A stretch of DNA of 64,000 nucleotides from Octopus vulgaris (Eukaryota), in NCBI GenBank assembly GCA_951406725.2, contig OX597842.1, forward strand, positions 17,050,001-17,114,000, given 5' to 3'. The translations under genes and the position numbers were made by a program. Position 1 is the first letter of the stretch. Each line of letters begins with the position of its first letter. Under the pieces are notes generated by a model, which worked only from the letters and a program-made list of their open reading frames with translations, ran no database searches and was not told where the DNA came from. Below, one piece after another: positions 53,556 through 64,000 of the stretch.

Positions 53556-54811
53556 GACAAACGTCATCAGATCGTAGAGACGCGGGATTTCATAGACAGC
53601 AACATAACCGAGAGTGTCTCGATATTGAATCAGTGTGTTTAAGAGGAATACTTCAAGGTTACGAAAGAGACTGGTACAAATGGATCAGAATGTGGAATGG
53701 TTCAATCTCCTCATCGGTGCTTTGGTGTAAGAAGAGCGCGAAGGTTAAAAGGGATTATGAGCATTATAACTAAGAAGAAAAGGGGATTTAAGGAGGAGTT
53801 TGAAGAGAGATTAGACAGCAGCTGAAGTTGGATCAATGAGGAATAAATATTTTGAAGTAAAATAGCAAAGAGTTTTAACTGCTAAGATCGAAATAAGAAT
53901 GGTGAGTGGTTATAAGTGAAGGAATATAGGGTTGAGTAGACATGAGGTGGAGAAAGACGGGGAGGGATTATGAGAAGGTTCTGTGGCAGTGAGGAAAAAT
54001 GTTTGTCTTGCATTTTAAAAGGAAGAAGTGGAAGGATGAAATTCACGAATATGTAGATGGGACAGTAAAAATGCTTTTAATTCGAGACGAACTTCAGAAA
54101 AGCTACACTCTACCAGAGTCAAAAGTATTTGTTGGACAAACCTACACAGCTACACTACCCCAGCATTTGGTCAGAATCTACTGTCCCTCTGGCATCCGCT
54201 CCACCTAAGAGTCTTGACCAAGGAAGAAGCAGATCGAAAGCCCCTTTCTTGAGGTGATGTCACAACTCCTTTACATCCGTTCCTGATATCTCTCTTCATT
54301 CCTCCACAGAACATCGATATGTCTTTGATGTGGGATCGATTCTTGCTGTTTTTGTCTTTGTTTTATCCTGATTTTGTCAGGGTTTTCTAGTTCCTATAGA
54401 TGCAACAAAACTTTTAGAAAGACTCCGAAATCATGACTCATTAGTTAGTAGTCTGATTCTCTGACTCGTAAGTCAGCCACATTTTCCTCTTAAACCCAAT
54501 CACTTTCTGTCTTAATTTTGCACTTCTAACGCGACATAGCATTCCGTCCTCTCATTTTCCTTCCTTCTGTCTGTCTGTCTGTCTCTATCTCTCTCCCACC
54601 CCTCCTCTTCCTCTTATTTTCTGTATTCTCTGGTCTTTTTCTCCTGCACTCAAAATCTCACTCTTACCCCCCCCCACTATTCTCTCCATCTCATTCTCGC
54701 CCTCCTACTCTCTCCTTATATCACATCCTAGTCTCCTTTCTCTTCCTACAACTCTGCCATCCCTCATTCTCTGAGATTTGTCACTTGTTCGAGTTTACTT
54801 TCCATTTGCAG

Positions 54812-54957
54812 GTGGAATTTCGTTTGAAAACCAGATATGAAGCTACAGTATTCGTTTTCAATGGAAAAGGGACGAATTCTACATCGTGGTTCCAGAAAGA
54901 TAAACTCATTGCAAAGACGTGGTCGAGGGATCCACAAGTGTTCACTTTCAATGCGAA
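54812..54957 (+). CDS. Exon 3 of the PAN-domain gene
   Basis: ttccatttgcag/.../gtatat, phase 0 to 2; VEFRLKTRYEATVFVFNGKGTNSTSWFQKDKLIAKTW. Confidence 0.78.
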
Positions 54958-55184
54958 GTATATATCATCTCCTTACTCATAATTAATATCTTTAATTATT
55001 TAATAATTGTTCTTTTGAACACTTTCACGGTGTATTTATAAGAGGAAAGTTCACAGATATACTTTATGTCTCATTGTTGTATAATATTATAATTCCCATA
55101 ATAATAATCCTTTCCACTATAGGCAGAAAGTCTGACAGTTTGGTGGGGGCGTAGGGGGTGGTTGTCGATTGCATCGGTACCAGT

Positions 55185-55330
55185 GTCAAACTGGTAATTA
55201 TCCCAACGATCCCTGAAAGGGTGATAGGCAAAGTTGACCTCGACGGAATTTGAACTCAAGATGTATAGACGGACAAAAATACTGCTAAGCATTTTATCCG
55301 GCATGCTAAAGATTCTGCCAACTCGCCGTC
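55185..55330 (-). mobile_element. tRNA-derived SINE (Nin/Deu-like family)
   Basis: Reverse complement matches the 62453-62600 head and core. Confidence 0.75.
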
Positions 55331-55831
55331 TTATAATAATGATAATGATAATGTTTTCGTTATGAACCTTAAGGTTTGAGAAAAAGATCGATGAGGGTAC
55401 AATTGATTTTGTGTGGGATTACATAAAAAAAACATGTAAACATAGAAAATAACAACAATATAAGAAAAACAATTTATCAATTGTAATATATTAGTTTCAG
55501 TTACCCGGAGTTTACCATTGCGAATACCCACATGAGGATAGAAGCCAAAAGAGAAAGTGGAAATAATGAAAATTACGATACTTCTGAAAAAACGTCGTTC
55601 GGTAGTAAGTAAAACATCGCCTCTAGAATTCAGTGTAATTGACTGTATAACTCTGTGTTGGCGTACGTGCATGCATGTGTGCGTGTGTGTGTGCGTGTGT
55701 GTATGCATGCGCGCACAGCTGTGGTTTTCAAGAAGCATTGTCTCATACATATAAATCTTTGAAATATGTTTTAATTTCATTATGTCTGAGATAAATTTTG
55801 ATAAATCTGATAAACCTGCCAATGGATTCAG

Positions 55832-55989
55832 TGATAGGCTGAATATTTTTTCAGTGTCTAAAAAGCATTACGGTGAAAAAGACAAAGACAGTACGTGGAT
55901 TGCTAGAAATCGGATCTGACACATCACCAACTCGCCTCACTCCTGCCTTTCCGTTTTCGGAAAATAGGTGCACAGTTATTTGCGGAATG
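55832..55989 (+). CDS. Candidate exon 4 of the PAN-domain gene (two in-frame stops)
   Basis: 158 nt, phase 2 to 1, bridging exons 3 and 5; DRLNIFSVSKKHYGEKDKDSTWIARNRI*..FGK*VHSYLRN; weak splice sites. Confidence 0.5.
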
Positions 55990-56086
55990 GTTAAATTAAT
56001 TACAATGACACGAAACCTGAAATATTATCAATTTTATTTAGTGTTTTCAGCGGTCAACTTAGAAACAAACTTTACTTTTTATAAGG

Positions 56087-56121
<35 letters not shown>

Positions 56122-56428
56122 TGTATGTATGTATGTATGTATGTATGTATGTATGTATGTATGAATGTATGTATGTATGCATGCATGTATGCATGTATGT
56201 ATGTATGTATGTATGTATGTATGTATGTATGTATGTATGTATGTACGTATGGTGTGGCCATATTTTTCGCTGTTTTATGGTACGCTTGTAGAAGGGAAAC
56301 GCTAACGGCATAAACCTAAGAAAAACTATATATATGGTGGGAGGTGTTTGTGTGTGTGTGATGATCATCGGGAAATTTAGAGTTAATTTCATTAATTTCT
56401 AACAATTTTTTCATTATTTTTATTTCAG

Positions 56429-56478
56429 CTCTATATAAACTTTACGACGCCATGGTCATCTCAGTGATTTTGAAGTAG
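56429..56478 (+). CDS. Terminal exon of the PAN-domain gene
   Basis: Strong acceptor ttatttttatttcag; phase 1; LYKLYDAMVISVILK*. Confidence 0.65.
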
Positions 56479-57005
56479 AATATATATTATTCCAGAAACT
56501 GCATATTCTTACATTCATATATACATACATACATACATAGATACATACATACATACATACATATATACATACATACATACACACACACATACATACATAC
56601 ATGCATACATACATACACACACACACATACATACATACATACATACATACACACATACATACATACAAACACACACACACACATAAATACATACATACAC
56701 ACATACATACACACATACATACATACATACATACATACATACACACACATACTTACATACATACTACATACATACATACATACATGCATACATACATACA
56801 TACATACACACATACATACATGCATACATACACACGAACAGACAGACATTGATGTACAGTGTAAATGCTTTGAATAATAATAAAGGACATCATTAGGAAC
56901 CGGATGAAATGCAGTTGAATGAGGAGGGAGTTAAAAAGGGAACAGGGATGGGTGTCTGTGTGCAAGTATAGAAGTGGAACCTTATCTGAAACTGGACATA
57001 TAGGA

Positions 57006-57044
<39 letters not shown>

Positions 57045-57619
57045 GTTGCTTGGGATATGCATGTGTCTAGAAGTGTGAAAATTCAGAAGTTTGGTGGCGT
57101 AGATTCGTTGGGTATGCGAGATGTTGGTGTGTGTGTGTGTGAGTTGTCGTTAAGAAGAAAGTGTGTATGTGAGGAGGTAGAAGTGTGCACGAATGGGAAG
57201 AAAATGAAAAGGGGAGAGGAATGTGAAGGGAGTGATTGATGTGTAGGAAAGTATACGAGTGTGAAACGGTTTCAGGCGGACGGAAGGTTTGTGCTGAAAT
57301 AAACATGAAAGAGAAAAGACACAAGTTCTGTGAGAAAAGAATGGTTAAAGAACAAAACATTAAAAAATTTTAAGATATTGGTAATAATTAATAAAATCCA
57401 GATGTTAGAAAAATGTACGCGAATTGCTAGTGAGTTGCCATTGAAGACAGGAAACTCGCAGTTAGTGGGCCGACTCCACCAAATGTCTGGAATGCCACAG
57501 GATGGAAAATGGGCCGACTGATCGCGGTTTTCAGGATTTTGTTCAGATCGGCCACAGAAGCTGTGGAATCGTCCTGACAGCAGCATCCAGGATGGGAAGA
57601 GAAGCAAAGGAGTCACTAA

Positions 57620-58070
57620 CTATGATATCCAAACAAGGACTCTGTCTCGCAACCACGGGCACAGGGTGAGGCCGTCAGCACTTTTCCCATCATATCTGGA
57701 CAATCCAGATGGTTCTAAGATTCAGGTGGAAAGGAAAACCATGGAGTCGAGGAGCCTGCCACTACGACAGACCAAACCCGTGCATACGTCAACTCCCATT
57801 CTGAGAGCAATGGAGACACGAAGTTCGTCCAAGATAAGTAGGCCACCAACATTAGCCACAAGGATGGCATCAATCCAGTCATCCGAGTATTTGGCGCTAG
57901 CAGACAGTAAGCAGCATCTTGAAAACTGGTCCGACTGGATGAAGAGGGAGTCGAAGGTGGCCTTCGAAATTATGTCGTCGAAAACTCTCTCACTTCGTCT
58001 GTCCTCCACCTCCTCAGGAGCAGACAATCCCAGTTCCCTCCAGTGTTGGAGTAAGTATAGCTTTAATGGA
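57620..58070 (-). mobile_element. CRE-clade-like RLE retrotransposon relic (upstream part)
   Basis: LLSASAKYSDDWIDAI..ELRVSIALRMG..C; PSGLSRYDGKSADGLTLCPW. Confidence 0.75.
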
Positions 58071-58135
58071 TGACAAAACTGAAACGATGTAGATTGTTTT
58101 TAGTCACCAAAACACACACACACATATATACATAC

Positions 58136-58180
<45 letters not shown>

Positions 58181-58185
58181 AATAT

Positions 58186-58262
<77 letters not shown>

Positions 58263-58361
58263 TATATAAATAAAATACAAAATGGGACCAGAACGCAAAA
58301 CATCCGGACAACTTGGTGATACAAAAAAGGGACAACAAAACATATATATAAATATATATAC

Positions 58362-58408
<47 letters not shown>

Positions 58409-58419
58409 TATATATGGCG

Positions 58420-58635
58420 ATCAGTCGGCCATCTACATTCTCCCATCCGGTGGCATTCCAGACCTTTGGTGGAGTCGGACCACCAACTGCGAGTTTCCTG
58501 TCTTCACTGGCAACTCCCTAGCAATTCGCCCAGCAGACACAACTGTTGAGGCTCATGACGGCGTTTGGCTGTTCCAGTGCCTCAGCCTCGCCATCACCCA
58601 TGGCAACGCGGCAAGCATACTGGCGTGCCCTAATA
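58420..58635 (+). mobile_element. CRE-clade-like RLE C-terminus, in opposite orientation to 57620-58070
   Basis: [14 protein letters not shown]; WLFQCLSLAITHGNAASIL (QRLSLAIQRGNA-like). Confidence 0.75.
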
Positions 58636-58909
58636 GCCTAAAGTGGTGAATTTTATTGTTTTTTCTCTTCTTTCTTCTCTCTTTTCTATTTTCAATATTT
58701 TCAATTGTGTTTTCTTTTTTGTCCAATTTTCTAATTTAATCTTTTAAAACGGTAAACCCTGTGAAGGCAATAAATTACGAAAAAAAGTGAAAGACACAAG
58801 CAAGATTTTTCTAAAATTTCTGCAGAAACAAACTTGGAGTATTTTGTTTTGGGATTTGGTTTGCAAGATTCTTTATGTGAGTTCGTGTGTTGAAGCATAT
58901 TCTGTTGTG

Positions 58910-59770
58910 TCTGGGGAGAGTGATTGTCTTTTTGTGCCTTATAACACAATCACTGGTAAAATATCCAGTTATTTCTTATTTTTTATTTTCCTAAAATTTT
59001 CGTTTCCTCTTGCAACCTTTTCAATAGTCTTGACTCTGTCCGTTATTTACACTGCGTTCCCTTTTGTTTGTTTGTGCTCATGTGTGTGGCGCAGTGTGTG
59101 TATGTATGTATGTATATGTATATATGTATGTATGTATATATGTATGTATATATGTATATATGTATGTATGTATATATGTATGTATGTATATATGTATGTA
59201 TGTCTGTGTGTGTTTGAATGTGTATGTATATATGTTTCTGTATGCATATGTATATATGTATGTATGTGTGTGCATCTGTATGTATATATCCTGCATATTT
59301 ATGTGCTTGCACGTCCGTGTTTGTGTATTTTCTATGTATGTGTGTGTGTGAGCATGCGTTTGTATATGTATGCACCTCTGTCTACTTGTATGTGCATGTT
59401 TCTGTGTGTGTGTGTTATGCAACTATGTACCATGTTTGTATGTATGGATGTGCATCTTTATATGTGTGGATCCGTGTCTCCATATTTGTCTGATTATACA
59501 TTCATCCATGCATGTATAGGCACACACCCACACACTGCCCCACATACACAAACACAAACACACTGACCCACACACACACACATGACTTCCACACATGCGC
59601 ATAAACAAACAAAAGGGAACGCAGTGTAAATAACGGACAGAGTCAAAACTATTGAAAAGGTCGCAAGACGAAACGAAAATTTCAGGAAAATAAAAAATAA
59701 GAAATAAGAGGAAATTTTACCGGTGAGTGTGTTACATAAAAAGGCACTAAAAGAGAATGACTCTGCCCAA
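58910..59770. mobile_element. Fold-back/MITE-like element with ~180-bp inverted arms around a (TATG)n spacer
   Basis: 58910-59090 is the reverse complement of 59588-59770; ORFs on opposite strands share GKISSYFLFFIFLKFSF..TAFPFVCLC. Confidence 0.8.
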
Positions 59771-59947
59771 ACTTGGAGTAGATATGCCAAAAACATGTAA
59801 AATAAACAGTAAATGTTGACGAAAAAAAAACACAAAAAACCCCAAACCTTACACTATTGAAATCACTTTTATTTTATCAATATCATCTCGTGATAATTAT
59901 ACATACATACATACATACATACATACATACATACGTATATACATACA

Positions 59948-60018
<71 letters not shown>

Positions 60019-60529
60019 TGAATCCCAAAAAAGAAGAACAAACACAAAAAATACAAAATGAAACAACGCGAGGACGTGGTTCATGTAAAGTATTAGCAGA
60101 TGCTCAGGGAAGAAAGGAAGATGGTTTAACGTTTCGAGCAACGCTCTTCCTTCTTCACAAGCAAAAGAACGACCGATAGAATGGAAGACGGAGGAAGAAA
60201 ATCGCCAACGATTCACATGTGGTTACATTTTGAACGTTTATATATATATTTATTTATTTATGTTTATATTTGTATTTATATTTATATTGAAGGCATTACT
60301 ATACATAAATGTCACACGCTAAGAAGGAGTCTTAAAGTAAAAATTACCAAAATAAATGTGATTATTTATTTTGGTAGTCCCTACAAGCGTGTGGCATTTA
60401 TGTATAGTAATGCCCTCAATATAAATGCATTTATCTAAGAGAAAACTTGATGGATTTTTTTCCTTATGAGGTTCTTCACGCTAACTACTTGATAAATTCT
60501 AATAAGGATTTCATCCTATTTTTAAATTG

Positions 60530-60570
60530 TATATATATAGGTTCTGCTATCTAATAATCATTATAATCAT

Positions 60571-60664
<94 letters not shown>

Positions 60665-60674
60665 AATGTATATG

Positions 60675-60733
<59 letters not shown>

Positions 60734-61309
60734 GTATGTATATATACATATGTATATATATATATGTAGATATATATATGTACATATATATATATGTATA
60801 TGTATATATGTATATATATATATATATGTATACATATATATACACCTCTATATATACATATATACATACATACATATATATATATATACATATATATACA
60901 TATATATAGATTATTAGATAGCAGAACTTTTTTTTGCACATATTCTTCACGATTGTTGACATTAATTTATTGGAATTGAATTGAAATATTTTGGTACATG
61001 GTAATATATGTAAAAAAAATAACAATTTGCTGGGATGGAATTATCTTTTAAACTAACACTAATATATTATTACAAGTATTTATTTTTAACTCGTTAGGGT
61101 ACGATAAAAATCTCCTCACACGGTCAGAATCTAACAAGTGACCTGTCCGTTGTAGTGTTTTTAGCTGATCCCTATGGTGACTCACTCGCACCTTTTACAA
61201 TTTAATAACAGATGTATTATTAAATTCCTTATTTCAAAGTTTATCTTTCACCAGCATACACCGTTTCTAAAATTCGGAAATGCAAGACATTTATCACACA
61301 TACACATAC

Positions 61310-61367
<58 letters not shown>

Positions 61368-61369
61368 GC

Positions 61370-61402
<33 letters not shown>

Positions 61403-61441
61403 CATACATGTATATATACATATGTATACACACACACACAC

Positions 61442-61476
<35 letters not shown>

Positions 61477-61629
61477 TCAAAATAAAATAAAAACATGATG
61501 CGAAGGATTTTATTTTATTTTGATCATGTTTTTATTTTATTTTGATCAATTTACTCCACCACCTACACCACCAAACGGTATACACAGGTGCTTATAATTA
61601 TCAAGTACTCACCCCGAATTTCTATACTC

Positions 61630-61708
<79 letters not shown>

Positions 61709-61785
61709 GAAACACACACACATATATATATTTTTTTTTTCATATATATATATACACATACACTCACACACACACACACACACAC

Positions 61786-61840
<55 letters not shown>
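60530..61840. repeat. Cluster of (TA)n/(TG)n/(CA)n microsatellites
   Basis: Direct inspection. Confidence 0.95.
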
Positions 61841-61844
<4 letters not shown>

Positions 61845-62452
61845 ATCCAAACAAGAAAGCACAAAAAAACACAACGCGAGGACGTGAAACAAATATAGTA
61901 TTATTGGACTAATTACCGAATCTCAGTTTTTTATACGCTAGACCACTGGTGTTAAATTTGCTGTTATCAAATTAATATCCCTTCTTTCACCCTCATTTTG
62001 ATTTTAATACACGCACACACACACACATACACACACACACACACACACACATACACACACATTCGCATTTTTTCCCTTCTTATGCTTAATATATTTTCTG
62101 AAATATTCTGTTGCACACAAAGACAAGTTTATGTATTTGCTTTCCCAATGTAATATTCAAAGAGTGATTATTCTATGTTGTTTCTTTGCTGTTCTAATTT
62201 TTCCTCAGTGATTCATTTATTTATTTTATTGTTGTTAAATAAAATATTTTCATCTGTGAAAAAGACTCGTCTGTCATATTTCTGAAACACTTTTCTCTCT
62301 ATCAACTACAACATACAACATTAATGTTAAAGGGGTGACTCCACCGTAAGGAATCTTATTTAGCAACTGACCGAACCAACGATTAAATGGACTTCTACAA
62401 ACATTTTAAGACTTGAGATCTATACAACCATTCACCCCACCCTCTCTCTCTG

Positions 62453-62762
62453 TGAGCTGGTTGAATCGTTAGCACGCGAAACTTAGCGATATTTCATCTG
62501 TCGCTACGTTGTGAGTTCAAATTCCGCCGAGGTTGACTTTGCCTTTCATCCTTTCGGGATCGATAATTTAAGTACCAATTACGCACTGGGATTGATATAA
62601 TCGACTTAATCCCTTTGTCTGTTCTTGTTTGTCCCATCTGTGTTTAGCCCCTTTTTGGGTAGTGAATAAATAGGTATTTCGTCCGCTAAAGGCGGCGAGC
62701 TTGCAGAAACGTTTGCACGCCGGGTGAAATGCGTAGCCGTATTTCGTCTGCCGTTACGTTCT
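62453..62762 (+). mobile_element. tRNA-derived SINE (Nin/Deu-like) plus a second head at ~62691
   Basis: gagctggttgaatcgttagc...gagttcaaattcc...gcctttcatcctttcgggatcgataa. Confidence 0.78.
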
Positions 62763-63700
62763 GCTGTGAGAAATCCTTTACTCGGAAATCAAATCTTGTT
62801 ATTCACAAAAGACCTCACACACTAGAACGCCTTTGACTTTTTGAAGTTTGTGGGAAATACTTTATTTCTGATGATAATTTAAACAAACGAATCCATGTTT
62901 AACAGATGTTAATTTATGTTTAATTTATGTTAGTTTAAGTTTAATAAATGTTAATTTATGCTCCAAACACCAGCTGAATAGGGACAAAGATATTTTACTA
63001 AATGATTCCTTATTTTCAAAATTAATTGAAACAAAGACAGTGTTCATCAACAGAATATGGTAATGAAAGGGTTAAAGTGATCTAAATGAAAACATTTCCT
63101 TAAAATTTCATAATATTTTATGTTCGAAACATCAACTTCATAATGAAAAAAGTTATTTTATTCAAATCTTTAATATTTTCAAAATTAATTGAAAGAAAGG
63201 GCAACAGAAATATGGTAAGAAAAGGGTTCAAAAATAAACCTTCCATCAAAATTTCAAGTTAGTTTGTTGAGAAAACGAGAGAGTGAAGGAGGAAAGTGGA
63301 AGGTAAAAGGGTCCTTCATCAGAAAATGTTTCAATTTAAAAGCATCTCTCTGATGTGTCTTTGTCTGTGAATGACTAAAGTACTGATTTCATGAATGATT
63401 TCCTGCAAATCTCACAGCAAAATGTTGGAAATACTTTATTTCTGATGGAAATTTAAACAGACACAAACGAATCTACACTGGCTAAAAATCCTATCCGTGT
63501 CAGACATGTGGGAAGTGATTCTCGGCTAAATCTCATTTGGTTATTCATATCCGAAGTCAGACACGAGAAAACCCATATCTTTGTGACGTATGTAGGAAAT
63601 CGTTGGTTTCTGTCAGTTACTTAAACAGACACAAATTGATACACGCCGGAGAAAAATCATTTCGTTGTGAAATTTGCGGTAAATCTTTTCTTGACAAGTC
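62762..63700 (+). pseudogene. Degenerate C2H2 zinc-finger array (segments 62762-62900 and 63415-63700) interrupted by repeats
   Basis: CEKSFTRKSNLVIHKRPHT; YPCQTCGK*FSAKSHLVIHIR; CDVCRKS..HKLIHAGEKSFRCEICGKSF, with stops and a frameshift. Confidence 0.8.
62945..63270 (+). repeat. Two tandem copies of an AT-rich repeat; the first ends AAAGGGTTAA (piggyBac-like terminus)
   Basis: ttttcaaaattaattgaaa...aatatggtaa..aaagggtt occurs twice. Confidence 0.5.
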
Positions 63701-63701
63701 A

Positions 63702-63860
63702 TAGGAGTGGCTGTGTGGTAAGTAGCTTGCTTGAACACTACAGCGTTCCAGGTTCAGTCCCACTGCGTGGAACCTTGGGCTGGTGTTTTTTACTATAGCC
63801 TCGGGCCGACCAGAGCCTTGTGAGTTGATTTGGTAGACGGAAACTGAAAGAAGCCCGTCT

Positions 63861-63908
<48 letters not shown>

Positions 63909-64000
63909 GACAGACAGAGAGAGAGAGATAGGTACAGGAGTGGCTGTGTGGTAAGTAGCTTGCTTACCAACCACAAGGTTCCAGCTTCATTCCCACTGCG
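63702..64000 (+). mobile_element. Two uninterrupted copies of the target SINE (63702-63860 and 63930 to window end)
   Basis: GGAGTGGCTGTGTGGTAAGTAGCTTGCTT(ACCAACCAC) runs straight into the B box, i.e. empty target sites. Confidence 0.9.

Larger units (their letters stand above)
49202..56478 (+). pseudogene. 5-exon secreted PAN/apple-domain protein gene with a mollusc-type C-terminal domain; three in-frame stops
   Basis: Exons 49200-49532, 51502-51593, 54812-54957, 55832-55989 and 56429-56478 have AG/GT borders and compatible phases 1, 0, 2, 1. Confidence 0.75.

Overview
Repeat-saturated, AT-rich eukaryotic DNA, most likely octopus. The taxon is inferred from the tRNA-derived SINE families, huge (AT)n/(AAT)n/(TACA)n tracts and C2H2-ZNF relics. 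Nearly all short ORFs in the track are microsatellite artefacts. Positions 1-45.6 kb hold a 2.1-2.8 kb composite tandem unit (unidentified ~1.03 kb core + decayed SINE + microsatellites) in two oppositely oriented blocks, with many CR1-type and R4/Dong-type LINE insertions. The best candidate for a new system is a ~2.1-2.25 kb element found twice (17567-19617 minus; 45744-47993 plus). It encodes only a gag/ORF1-like protein with a CCHC zinc knuckle and has no endonuclease or RT. Both copies sit, with 15-18 bp target-site duplications, at the same position of the same tRNA-derived SINE family, which suggests a non-autonomous, SINE-targeting 'half-LINE' (HAL1/Tx1-like). The right third contains a 5-exon secreted PAN-domain gene with three in-frame stops, a 330-bp palindrome carrying a hammerhead-like relic, RTE/CRE/Penelope relics and a C2H2-ZNF pseudogene. 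All alignments were done by eye and no database searches were run.
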